A stretch of DNA of 64,000 nucleotides from positions 5,163-69,162 of the forward strand of contig JAEZCA010000059.1 in NCBI GenBank assembly GCA_023412665.1, in the 5' to 3' direction. This document shows, in pieces, positions 39,112-47,715 of this stretch (within the stretch, counting starts at the first letter, position 1; each line of letters starts with the position of its first letter). This DNA is from Bacillota bacterium. Its GTDB lineage: Bacteria > Bacillota > Clostridia > Acetivibrionales > DTU013. The notes beneath the pieces were generated by a model. The model saw nothing but the letters and a program-made list of their open reading frames with translations. It did no database searches and was not told the DNA's origin. The translations under genes were made by a program, and so were the position numbers.

Positions 39112-41643
39112 TCAAGCTGTCACGATCTTGCTCTCTGCCTGAAGCCCAAGCTTTTCGACGGCCCACTCGCGCATTTTGTATTTGAGTATCTTTCCAGCGG
39201 CATTCATGGGGAATTCATTTATAAATTCCACATAGCGCGGCGTTTTATGCTTTGCCATATGCGTACGGCAATACTCCTTTACATCCTCATCCGCCATTTC
39301 CATGCCTTCCTTCAGGATGACACAAGCCATTATTTCTTCACCATACTGCTTGCTGGGCACACCGATGACTTGAACATCCTTTACCTTGGGGTGGGTGTAT
39401 ATGAAATCTTCGATCTCCTTTGGGTATATGTTCTCACCGCCTCGGATGATCATATCCTTTATTCGTCCCGTTATTTTGTAATACCCGTTTTCATCCACCC
39501 TTGCCAGGTCTCCCGTGTGGAGCCAGCCATCCTTGTCTATGGCTGCGGCTGTTGCTTCAGGCATCTTGTAGTAGCCTTTCATAATATTATAGCCACGGGC
39601 TACAAATTCTCCGTCAGTATTGGGAGGCAGCTCCTCATTGGTCTCAGGGTTTACGATTCTGCACTCCACACCCGGAAGAGCGCGGCCTACAGTTTTGACC
39701 CTGAGCTCGACGGAATCATCTACACGGCTCTGGGTACAGCCCGGTGACGACTCAGTCTGTCCGAATACGATGGTTATCTCCTTCATGTTCATCTTTTCAA
39801 CGACATCCTGCATTACCTTTATAGGGCATGGACTTCCTGCCATAATACCGGTCCTCATATATGAGAAGTCAGTCTTTGAAAAATCCTCATGTTCCATCAT
39901 AGCTATAAACATTGTGGGAACACCATGGAATGCTGTAATTTTCTCTTTATTTATGCAATCCAGCGACTGCTTCGGAGAAAAATACGGGATCGGTGACATT
40001 GTAACGCCGTGGGTCATGGAAGCCGTCATTGCAAGCACCATGCCAAAGCAGTGGAACATAGGCACATGTATCATCATCCGGTCGGCAGTTGAAAGATCCA
40101 TACAGTCACCGATACACTTTCCATTGTTCACCACATTGTAGTGGGTGAGCATGACTCCCTTTGGAAAACCGGTAGTGCCCGACGTATACTGCATGTTGCA
40201 GACATCATTCTTATTGATGGACATGGCACGGCGGAAGACCTCCTCAACAGGCGTCTTCTCAGCCAGGGCCATCGCTTCGTCCCATGTGAGGCAGCCTTTT
40301 TGTCTGGAGTCAACGGTGATTATGTTGCGCAGGAACGGCAGCCTCTTCATATGGAGAGGTTTACCTGCTTCTGAATTTTCCAGTTCCGGACACAATTCTT
40401 TTATGATCTCTACATAATTTGAATCCTTAAAGCCATCAATCATGACAAGAGTATGGGTGTCGGACTGGCGGAGCAGGTATTCAGCCTCATATACCTTGTA
40501 TGCGGTATTGACAGTTACGAGAACTGCACCTATTTTCGTAGCCGCCCAGAAGGTGATGAACCACTGAGGCACATTGGTAGCCCAAATGGCCACATGATCA
40601 CCGGGCTTGACCCCCAGCGCTATAAGGGCCCTGGCAAATGTATCTACATCGTCCCTGAATTCGGAATATGTCCTGGTATAGTCCAGTGTAGTATAACGGA
40701 AGGCATACTGGTCCGGAAATTCATCCACCATACGGTCCAATACCTGTGGGAAGGTCAGGTCGATCAGCGTATCCTTTTCCCATACGAACTGACCGGTCTT
40801 TGTATTGTTGTAGAAGAGACGTCCCTTCTGGTATCCCTTTTGCATATATTTTTCCATGTAGTTTATAAAATGAGGGAACACGATACCGGCATCGCTAAGA
40901 TCGCTGGACCATCTTTTTACCCATTCCAGCGAAACATATCCCTCATAATTGATGGAGTTCAATGCCCGCATGAAGTCATCTATGGGCATATCGCCCTCTC
41001 CCATCATCCTGTACGATATCTTGTTGTTTTCAACGATGGAGTCCTTGAAATGTACATACTTGATATATGCGCCAAGATTCTGCACGGTCCTGCCCGGTGT
41101 TTCGCCGGCGAATCGGTATGGATGATGTATGTCCCAGAGAGCTCCTACCGCATCGCTTTCTACGTGGTTCAACAGATCACAGAGGCGCTTTGTGTCTGTA
41201 TATACACCGTTTGTTTCCACCAGTAAAATGACACCCTTTTCTTCTGCAATCGGCGCAAGCCTCTTAAGGGCCGCCAATACTATATTGTCGTCAACCTCAC
41301 CCTCCGCTTGGGGTTCCAGATCTGCAAGTATACGAATATAAGGAGTTTTGAGCTTTACTGCCAGTTCGATATACTCAACTATTTCGGAATGGTTTGCATC
41401 GGCGTTTTCCCCGAACTTCAGACAGCACCCCGAAGAAAGGCAGGGAATCTCGATTCGAAGCTCTGAAAGCTTCCTGATTGTGTTGGGAAGCTCAGCTTGA
41501 GTAAAGGGCTGTGCCCGAACAGCAAATATATCCTTGCCGAGCCCTCTGATCTCTATACCGTCGAACCCTATGTCTTTTGCCATTGAGTAAATATCGGACC
41601 AGTCAAAATCCGGACACCCAAGTGTTGAAAACGCTAGTTTCAT
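39112..41643 (-). CDS. fusion protein: xylose-isomerase-like TIM barrel (sugar phosphate isomerase/epimerase fold) joined to an AMP-dependent synthetase/ligase
   Basis: N-terminal roughly 290 aa carry GFDGIEIRG, LLVETNG, HFKD and SLEW. The C-terminal roughly 550 aa carry adenylation motifs YTSGTTGFPKGV, GQTE, TGDLA and GKILK. The start is ATG 41643 with SD GGAGGAG. The track ORF to 41766 reads through the T-box terminator. Confidence 0.8.
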   Translation of the reverse strand: MKLAFSTLGCPDFDWSDIYSMAKDIGFDGIEIRGLGKDIFAVRAQPFTQAELPNTIRKLSELRIEIPCLSSGCCLKFGENADANHSEIVEYIELAVKLKTPYIRILADLEPQAEGEVDDNIVLAALKRLAPIAEEKGVILLVETNGVYTDTKRLCDLLNHVESDAVGALWDIHHPYRFAGETPGRTVQNLGAYIKYVHFKDSIVENNKISYRMMGEGDMPIDDFMRALNSINYEGYVSLEWVKRWSSDLSDAGIVFPHFINYMEKYMQKGYQKGRLFYNNTKTGQFVWEKDTLIDLTFPQVLDRMVDEFPDQYAFRYTTLDYTRTYSEFRDDVDTFARALIALGVKPGDHVAIWATNVPQWFITFWAATKIGAVLVTVNTAYKVYEAEYLLRQSDTHTLVMIDGFKDSNYVEIIKELCPELENSEAGKPLHMKRLPFLRNIITVDSRQKGCLTWDEAMALAEKTPVEEVFRRAMSINKNDVCNMQYTSGTTGFPKGVMLTHYNVVNNGKCIGDCMDLSTADRMMIHVPMFHCFGMVLAMTASMTHGVTMSPIPYFSPKQSLDCINKEKITAFHGVPTMFIAMMEHEDFSKTDFSYMRTGIMAGSPCPIKVMQDVVEKMNMKEITIVFGQTESSPGCTQSRVDDSVELRVKTVGRALPGVECRIVNPETNEELPPNTDGEFVARGYNIMKGYYKMPEATAAAIDKDGWLHTGDLARVDENGYYKITGRIKDMIIRGGENIYPKEIEDFIYTHPKVKDVQVIGVPSKQYGEEIMACVILKEGMEMADEDVKEYCRTHMAKHKTPRYVEFINEFPMNAAGKILKYKMREWAVEKLGLQAESKIVTA

Positions 41644-42037
41644 TTTAACTCCTCCTCTTCCAATAAATAAATATTTTCTGCCCGGCACCGACCTGCTGAA
41701 ATCAAAAAAGGCCTCCGCCTCACAGCATTTCTGCCGGAGACGAAAGCCTGACTTCCGCGGTACCACTCCAATTGGTATAAATATACCCTCTTCTTAAAGC
41801 ATCGATCAATGGATGATGAATGCCCTCCCTTTGTAACGGCGGGAAACCCGTTCGAACCTACTTGCCAAACAGCCCGATCCCCTCTGAAAATCCCGGGGCC
41901 TCAGCTGCCGCTTTCAGCTGACTGCTCAAGGGTGAGTCCACAATCGCTCCGTGCGCTGTTTCGCAGCAAACAACAGCTCTCTTTGGCACCGGCGGGCGAA
42001 GTGTTTTCCCTATCAACGCATTTATCCGTTTTTTAGT
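41644..42037 (-). promoter_or_regulatory. T-box riboswitch leader, candidate specifier UGG (Trp)
   Basis: Reverse complement shows K-turn UGAUAG, AG bay AAAGAGAG and distal loop GCUGCGAAAC. The specifier region is GAUUG-UGG-ACUC, with UGG at 41940-41938. The T-box sequence AAUUGGAGUGGUACCGCGG lies at 41773-41756. A 12-bp terminator GGCUUUCGUCUC..GAGGCGGAGGCC plus U6 lies at 41748-41704. Confidence 0.85.
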
Positions 42038-42066
42038 ATGCTACCAAAATCCCTCATATTTGTCAA
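42038..42066 (-). promoter_or_regulatory. promoter of the T-box leader
   Basis: TTGACA, 17-nt spacer, TAGCAT on the minus strand. Confidence 0.5.
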
Positions 42067-42256
42067 TATGAAATGTAAATTTTCTCATGTGGCAGACCTC
42101 TAAACCCACAACAGAAGGTCAGACTGACAGCGCTGTTTATTCCGGTTGTGTTTCCAAGCACCTGCATGCAAATGTATGTATTTATGTTTTTGAGGGTAGC
42201 ATAAGGAAATATTGAAATTAATTAACAATTCGCCGGGTTTGAAAGGGGAGATCGGT

Positions 42257-43822
42257 ATGGATAGGAAGCCTTTATTGCTGATAGCCTTTTACAATAAGAA
42301 AGCATTGGGCGTAAGATATCTGGAAAGGTCACTTGTTAAGTCCGGATATGATGTTTATGTCTTGTTCCTTAAGGGCTTCAATAGTGTAAAACCTGATCCT
42401 GTCACCGCCGAAGACATCCTTCTGCTTGAGAAACTTGTCACAAGGCTGAAGCCCGGTCTCATAGGACTTAGTGTCATGTCATCTCTTTATCTTGAATCTG
42501 TTGTTTCAGTAAACAGTTTTCTAAGGAAAGCGTTTGATGTACCTATAGTTTGGGGAGGAGTTTATGCATCAATGTTCTCTGAGGAATGCCTTAAGCATGC
42601 AGACTTCGTTCTGCAGGGAGAGTGCGAGGAGGCTGTTGTCGACCTGGCTGCAGCAGTACTCCGCGGTGAAGACTACAGAAGCATAAAAAATCTGGCATAT
42701 AAGGAACCCCTGCGTGATACAGCTGGAAATACAGTGATCAATAGTTTGAGACCACTGTGTGAAGATCTGGACAAGCTGGGCTACCCCATATCCGGCTTGA
42801 AAAACAAATTCTTTATAGATGGCGGTCGCATTGGATTCGGCGATCCAATGAGCGATTCTGTCAGCTATGAGTTGTCCTCCTCGAGAGGCTGCCCGTTTAT
42901 GTGCTCCTACTGCTGCTCAATCAACCTGAAAAGAATGTACATGGGAAATGGAAGGTACTTGCGCTTCAGAAGCGTGACAAGCGTTATCAGCGAGCTTGAA
43001 GAAGCCTTGGCAAATAACAGATCGATAAGGGTGATACATTTCTGGGATGAAATATTCCCTGATGACAATTCGTGGATAGCAGCTTTTGCAAGCCAGTACA
43101 AGGCGCGGATAGGGCTGCCGTTTGAAATCTGGGCACACCCTCTTCGGATAAACAGCAGCACCATATACAAGCTTGTCGATGCGGGTCTTTATAAGGTAGT
43201 CATGGGAATACAAAGCGGTTCGCAGCATATCCGCAGTGAGATCTTCCATAGGATGGAGACTCAGGAGGATGTGCTTGAAGCTGCAAAAATACTAAGCAGA
43301 AACAAGGTTCCCCAGGTGGTATATGACTTCATACTCCGACATCCGTTCGAAAGTGTGGAAGACATAAAGCAGACATATTTGCTCTGTTCCTGTCTCGAAA
43401 GACCTTTTGAGCTTCAGCTGCATGGACTCAGCTTTTTTCCAGGAACGGACCTGACAGCCGCAGCAAATAAGAAAGGCCTGGATGTCATGAGCACTTTGGA
43501 CTCTGGCCATGATAACAGGATAAAGGATAAATACAAAAGCTACTGGGGGCAGAAAAGCAGCAGCAGAATAATAAATTACTGGTATTCATTAATATACCTC
43601 AGCCAGTTCAGATTCGGCCATCTGCTTTCGGGGCTGTTTAAGGGAAGCGATCCATCACCTCTGGCTGTAAGCACCGTGTTGCTGCTGCACAAGCTATACC
43701 GTCCCGCAGCAAGGATAAGATACCTGTACAAGAAGCTTTCGCTGCTCATCAGAACGGCTGCTGCCAGAAAAAACATCTCAAAGGGCAGACGTCAGACTGT
43801 ACAATATAGTGAGGGAAAGTGA
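42257..43822 (+). CDS. B12-binding-domain radical SAM protein
   Basis: N-terminal Rossmann-like B12-binding segment (LLLIAFYNKKALGVRYL..GYDVYVL). Radical SAM cluster motif CPFMCSYC, and IQSGS. The likely start is ATG 42257 (SD GGGGAG) rather than TTG 42212. Confidence 0.8.
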   Translation: MDRKPLLLIAFYNKKALGVRYLERSLVKSGYDVYVLFLKGFNSVKPDPVTAEDILLLEKLVTRLKPGLIGLSVMSSLYLESVVSVNSFLRKAFDVPIVWGGVYASMFSEECLKHADFVLQGECEEAVVDLAAAVLRGEDYRSIKNLAYKEPLRDTAGNTVINSLRPLCEDLDKLGYPISGLKNKFFIDGGRIGFGDPMSDSVSYELSSSRGCPFMCSYCCSINLKRMYMGNGRYLRFRSVTSVISELEEALANNRSIRVIHFWDEIFPDDNSWIAAFASQYKARIGLPFEIWAHPLRINSSTIYKLVDAGLYKVVMGIQSGSQHIRSEIFHRMETQEDVLEAAKILSRNKVPQVVYDFILRHPFESVEDIKQTYLLCSCLERPFELQLHGLSFFPGTDLTAAANKKGLDVMSTLDSGHDNRIKDKYKSYWGQKSSSRIINYWYSLIYLSQFRFGHLLSGLFKGSDPSPLAVSTVLLLHKLYRPAARIRYLYKKLSLLIRTAAARKNISKGRRQTVQYSEGK

Positions 43823-44679
43823 AAAAACGAGTATTAATAGTATGCATATCATTAACCGCAATAGCAGTCCTGACAGCAGCTATCCTGATGATCTCAATGG
43901 CTGTCATCGAGCTGGAAGCGCATATATATCCGGATTATCCCATGATTGATCTCGAGCATGTGCTGTCAAAAGATACATTTTCAGATGAGGATTACACTGT
44001 TCTCTTTTACCAGACCGGCCTTGGCAGATCTGCAATAGATGAGATCCGCACGAGCAGCAGTAATTGGGCACAGCGTCTGCTGCTGTTCCAGGAGAAATTT
44101 TTTGCCGGAATAAAATATGTATGTGAAAAAAACAGTCCCATTTCAAGGGAAGAATCCATTGTAGATGAAAGCGGCAGCTATATGGCAGGTACGGAATTGG
44201 CACCACTTCATGAGGGGTACATACTAGTGACAAAATCCTCCCATGCCTATGGCTGGAGGAACGGACATTCAGCACTGGTGATCGATGCGGCTAACGGAAG
44301 AACACTTGAATCGGTAGTGCTTGGAACAAACTCCTCCATACAGGATATAAGCAAGTGGACCAACTACCCCAATTTCATTCTGCTCAGGCCAAAGAACTGC
44401 TCATATGAAGAAATGAAGGCAATAGCAGGAACTGCGCAGGAAGTGCTTTTTGATATACCATATGACTTGACTGTAGGTATTTTCAGCCCAAAGCTTGCCG
44501 GCAGGGAAAACGTCACGGGAACACACTGTTCCCATCTGATCTGGCAAGCCTACAGCTATTACGGATATGATCTGGACTCCGACGGGGGCGCTTTGGTGAC
44601 TCCCAATGACATAGCAAACAGCCCGGCCCTTGAGGTTGTTCAGGTTTATGGCGTGGACCCGGGAAATATCTGGCCTTGA
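43819..44679 (+). CDS. membrane-anchored permuted papain-like (NlpC/P60 superfamily, YiiX/YaeF-type) enzyme
   Basis: N-terminal TM helix. The His block (WRNGHSALVID) precedes the Cys block (GTHCSHLIWQAY), which is the circularly permuted order. The GTG start overlaps the rSAM stop (GTGA). Confidence 0.55.
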   Translation: MKKRVLIVCISLTAIAVLTAAILMISMAVIELEAHIYPDYPMIDLEHVLSKDTFSDEDYTVLFYQTGLGRSAIDEIRTSSSNWAQRLLLFQEKFFAGIKYVCEKNSPISREESIVDESGSYMAGTELAPLHEGYILVTKSSHAYGWRNGHSALVIDAANGRTLESVVLGTNSSIQDISKWTNYPNFILLRPKNCSYEEMKAIAGTAQEVLFDIPYDLTVGIFSPKLAGRENVTGTHCSHLIWQAYSYYGYDLDSDGGALVTPNDIANSPALEVVQVYGVDPGNIWP

Positions 44680-44838
44680 CTTTGTTTCCGCCGGAATTGC
44701 CGGCGGTATCTGATACATATTGACTTCATTTTGTATCTGTGATATCTTTTTCTTAAGCAAAAAAGGGGTGTATTATTTAAGTGGAAGAATCACCGGTTCC
44801 CGAGCGAAGTATTATCGAGCAGAATTATATGAATAATA

Positions 44839-44895
44839 AAAACGGCAAAATAAAGGACAGTTGTTTTTCTGTCCTGTTTATTTGCCGTTTAATAT
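44839..44895 (+). terminator. long imperfect hairpin plus U-rich tail in the CNNM leader
   Basis: AAACGGCAAAATAAAGGACAG-8 nt-CTGTCCTGTTTATTTGCCGTTT followed by AATATTTT. It ends about 40 nt upstream of the CNNM start. Confidence 0.55.
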
Positions 44896-44931
44896 TTTAA
44901 GGTGATTTGACACATTTGTTTTGGGAGGTTA

Positions 44932-46272
44932 TTGGATTTGTCTGAAGGTTCTATAATATGGCAGCTGCTTCTGCAGCTTGCTTTGATACTTGTAAATGCG
45001 GTTTTTGCCTGTGCTGAGATAGCAGTTATCTCAATGAATGACGCAAAGCTGGCAAAGCTTTCGGCCGCGGGTGATAAGCGTGCCATCAGGCTTGTGGGCC
45101 TCACAAGTCAGCCGGCAAGGTTTTTGGCTACGATCCAGGTCGGCATCACCTTTGCCGGCTTTCTGGGAAGTGCCTTCGCCGCTGACAATTTCTCAGACAG
45201 GCTTGTAAAATGGTTGCTAAAGCTTGGCGTCGGTATACCTGAGAGAACGCTGGACACTATTTCAGTCATATTGATTACTCTGGTACTGTCATACTTCACT
45301 CTGGTTCTGGGAGAACTGGTGCCAAAGAGAATAGCGATGAAGAACGCTGAAAAGCTGGCCCTTGCAATATCCGGTCTCATCCATTTCATTTCAAAGGCCT
45401 TCGCTCCCTTGGTCTGGCTGCTGACTGTATCCACAAACGGAATGCTTCGAATTATCGGTATCGATCCTCATGCAGCCGACGATGAGATAACGGAGGAAGA
45501 GATACGCATGATGGTGGATGAAGGAAGCGAAAAAGGTGCTATCGACCCTGAAGAGAAGCTGATGATACAGAATGTTTTTGAATTTGACGACAAAACCGCA
45601 CGAGAGATCATGACACACCGGACAGAGGTTTCACTGCTGTGGCTCGATGAGAGCGACGAGCAATGGGACAAGACAATAACCGAAAGCAGGCATACTATTT
45701 ATCCTGTATGTAATGAAACCACGGATGATATAGTTGGAATTTTAAATGCCAAATACTATTTCCGAATCAAGGATAAAACCAGGGAAAACATTCTAAAAAA
45801 GGCAGTCAAGCCGGCATATTTCGTTCCTGAGACCGTACGTGCAGACGTGCTTTTCCGCAATATGAAAAAGAACAGACAGCATTTTGCTGTCGTGCTCGAT
45901 GAATTCGGAGGCATGAACGGCATAATCACTATGAGTGATCTTCTGGAAGAGCTGGTCGGAGATCTTGAGGATGATATGACTATCCCTGCAGAGCCTGTTC
46001 CCATCGAACGTGTTGATTCACATACATGGAAGGTGCTTGGAAGCGCGCCTCTGGACGAGGTTTCGTCGCAGGTCGGCGTTATTCTGCCAGAGGATGAATA
46101 TGACACCTTTGGCGGCTTTGTATTCGGCATGCTCGGATATGTTCCGGAGGACGGAAGCACACCCGAGCTTGAGATCTTTGATTTGAGTATAAGGATACTC
46201 AAAATAAAGGACCACCAGATTGAGAAAGCCGTTGTCTACCGCATGCAAAATCAAGGCACGGAAGAATCCTAG
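44932..46272 (+). CDS. hemolysin-family / CNNM (DUF21)-CBS-CorC_HlyC transporter-associated protein
   Basis: N-terminal 4-TM DUF21 (AEIAVISMN), a CBS pair (REIMTHRTEV..IYPV) and a C-terminal CorC domain. The start is uncertain; TTG 44938 has better spacing from GGGAGG than TTG 44932. Confidence 0.8.
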   Translation: MDLSEGSIIWQLLLQLALILVNAVFACAEIAVISMNDAKLAKLSAAGDKRAIRLVGLTSQPARFLATIQVGITFAGFLGSAFAADNFSDRLVKWLLKLGVGIPERTLDTISVILITLVLSYFTLVLGELVPKRIAMKNAEKLALAISGLIHFISKAFAPLVWLLTVSTNGMLRIIGIDPHAADDEITEEEIRMMVDEGSEKGAIDPEEKLMIQNVFEFDDKTAREIMTHRTEVSLLWLDESDEQWDKTITESRHTIYPVCNETTDDIVGILNAKYYFRIKDKTRENILKKAVKPAYFVPETVRADVLFRNMKKNRQHFAVVLDEFGGMNGIITMSDLLEELVGDLEDDMTIPAEPVPIERVDSHTWKVLGSAPLDEVSSQVGVILPEDEYDTFGGFVFGMLGYVPEDGSTPELEIFDLSIRILKIKDHQIEKAVVYRMQNQGTEES

Positions 46273-46276
46273 TGGA

Positions 46277-46957
46277 TCACAGGAGCATGCATAGACGCAT
46301 CAATTCATCTATTTTTTCCGCATTCTTTTGCCCAGGCCGTTCTTCGACTCCGGTCAACACATCGATTGCATATGGAGAAGTATTCCTTATGATCCCGGCC
46401 ACATTTAACGGGTTTATCCCGCCGGCCAGAATTACAGGGAGGGACGTTCCCGACTGCATGACTCTGAATGTCTCTAGCTTGATCAAAATTCCGGATCCAC
46501 CGGGTCTGGCACTGGTATAGGAATCCGCAAGGATCGCGGCTATGCCGGTATCCTCAAGTTTTTTTACAGCACTTTCCGGGTCCGGTATCTCAAAATCACA
46601 TCTGCCTTCCCCAGTAATGCGCAGAGCCTTGATGGTCCTGATACCCAAAGCTTTCATCTGTCCGGCAATGGCCGCTGTTTCCTCCAGTGTTTCCCTGTGA
46701 TGAAGCTGAATGAGGTCAGGTCTGACCGCCTTGGCGATCTCAATCACCTTGCGGACACTGCCCCCCGTCACCACACATGTGCCGACGAACGGAGGTACAT
46801 TGCCGGCAAGCCTGGCAGCCTGATTTGTCGTAAGGTTCCATGGAACAGGCTCGGGATAATCCGTTACAAAGCCCAGCATATGAACGCCGGCATTGACACA
46901 GGCCTCAATATCCTTATTATTCATCAAACCACATATCTTTACCCTTGTCATACGCAT
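46277..46957 (-). CDS. trpF: phosphoribosylanthranilate isomerase
   Basis: VKICGL start motif in a 226-aa TIM barrel. Last gene of the trp operon. Confidence 0.8.
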   Translation of the reverse strand: MRMTRVKICGLMNNKDIEACVNAGVHMLGFVTDYPEPVPWNLTTNQAARLAGNVPPFVGTCVVTGGSVRKVIEIAKAVRPDLIQLHHRETLEETAAIAGQMKALGIRTIKALRITGEGRCDFEIPDPESAVKKLEDTGIAAILADSYTSARPGGSGILIKLETFRVMQSGTSLPVILAGGINPLNVAGIIRNTSPYAIDVLTGVEERPGQKNAEKIDELMRLCMLL

Positions 46958-46982
46958 ACCCTTCCACGGCGCTTACTGCCGA

Positions 46983-47702
46983 TTACTGCCCGGCATAATA
47001 AGAGGGACAGACAGACAGGCTCCTATACATGCCTGAAGCACTATTGGCCTTCAATATTGCCGTTCCGACCAGAACAGCATGGGCTCCCGCTTTTGCAGCA
47101 AGCAGGACGTCCTCCCGGCACGATATTGAACTTTCACTTAAAATAAGTGCCCCGGATTTTACATGTGGCGCCATACGCCCAGTAACACCAACATTTCCAC
47201 AGTCCGTTTCAAATATGCCTATATCCCTGTTGTTTATGCCTATGAAGCTCAGGCCTTGCCGATCTGCAAACTCAATCTCTTCCATGCTGTGTGTTTCCAC
47301 AAGAGGTTCAAGCTCCAGCTGACGGGCATACTCCGTCAGCTGCAGCAGCTGGGTTTTCTTCAGCATCGAGGATATCAGGAGCACAGCTGATGCTCCATAT
47401 TCAGCGCTTTCCTTCAACATATCACGATTTGAAATGAAATCCTTGCGTATCACCGGAACCTTTACACTTCCTGTTATCCGGCGCAGAAGCTCCATGGAGC
47501 CTCCGAAATGATCAGCCTCTGTGACAACGGAAATCACAGGCGCTCCAGCCTTTTCAAGCTCCGCCGCCAGCAAGGCAGGATCCCTTCCTCTGAGAAGGTC
47601 TCCCTCCCCGGGCGACTTGCACTTTATATCAGGTATAACAGGCATCATACCGCCTCTGTAAATTTTCCACAGTGCCTGGGTGCATTTTGTATATTCAGGC
47701 AT
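46983..47702 (-). CDS. trpC: indole-3-glycerol-phosphate synthase
   Basis: VIPDIKCKSPGEG, VIRKDFI and IGINNRD motifs. I place the start at ATG 47702 (SD GGAGAAGG), just after the trpD stop. Confidence 0.8.
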   Translation of the reverse strand: MPEYTKCTQALWKIYRGGMMPVIPDIKCKSPGEGDLLRGRDPALLAAELEKAGAPVISVVTEADHFGGSMELLRRITGSVKVPVIRKDFISNRDMLKESAEYGASAVLLISSMLKKTQLLQLTEYARQLELEPLVETHSMEEIEFADRQGLSFIGINNRDIGIFETDCGNVGVTGRMAPHVKSGALILSESSISCREDVLLAAKAGAHAVLVGTAILKANSASGMYRSLSVCPSYYAGQ

Positions 47703-47715
47703 ATACCTTCTCCAT

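Noticed and set aside
41644-41766. N-terminal 41-codon extension of the fusion-protein ORF (track start 41766)
   Set aside because: The extension reads through the T-box terminator and U-tract. A strong SD (GGAGGAG) precedes the internal ATG at 41643.
42087-42215. 42-codon ORF (MWQTSKPTTEGQTDSAVYSGCVSKHLHANVCIYVFEGSIRKY) upstream of the radical SAM gene, as a possible RiPP precursor
   Set aside because: It has no Shine-Dalgarno sequence and lies in the divergent promoter region. The rSAM enzyme has no SPASM or RRE-type features that I can see. Kept only as a remote possibility.
44700-44931. M-box (Mg2+) riboswitch upstream of the CNNM/CorC gene
   Set aside because: None of the conserved M-box segments are present, and the leader is too short.
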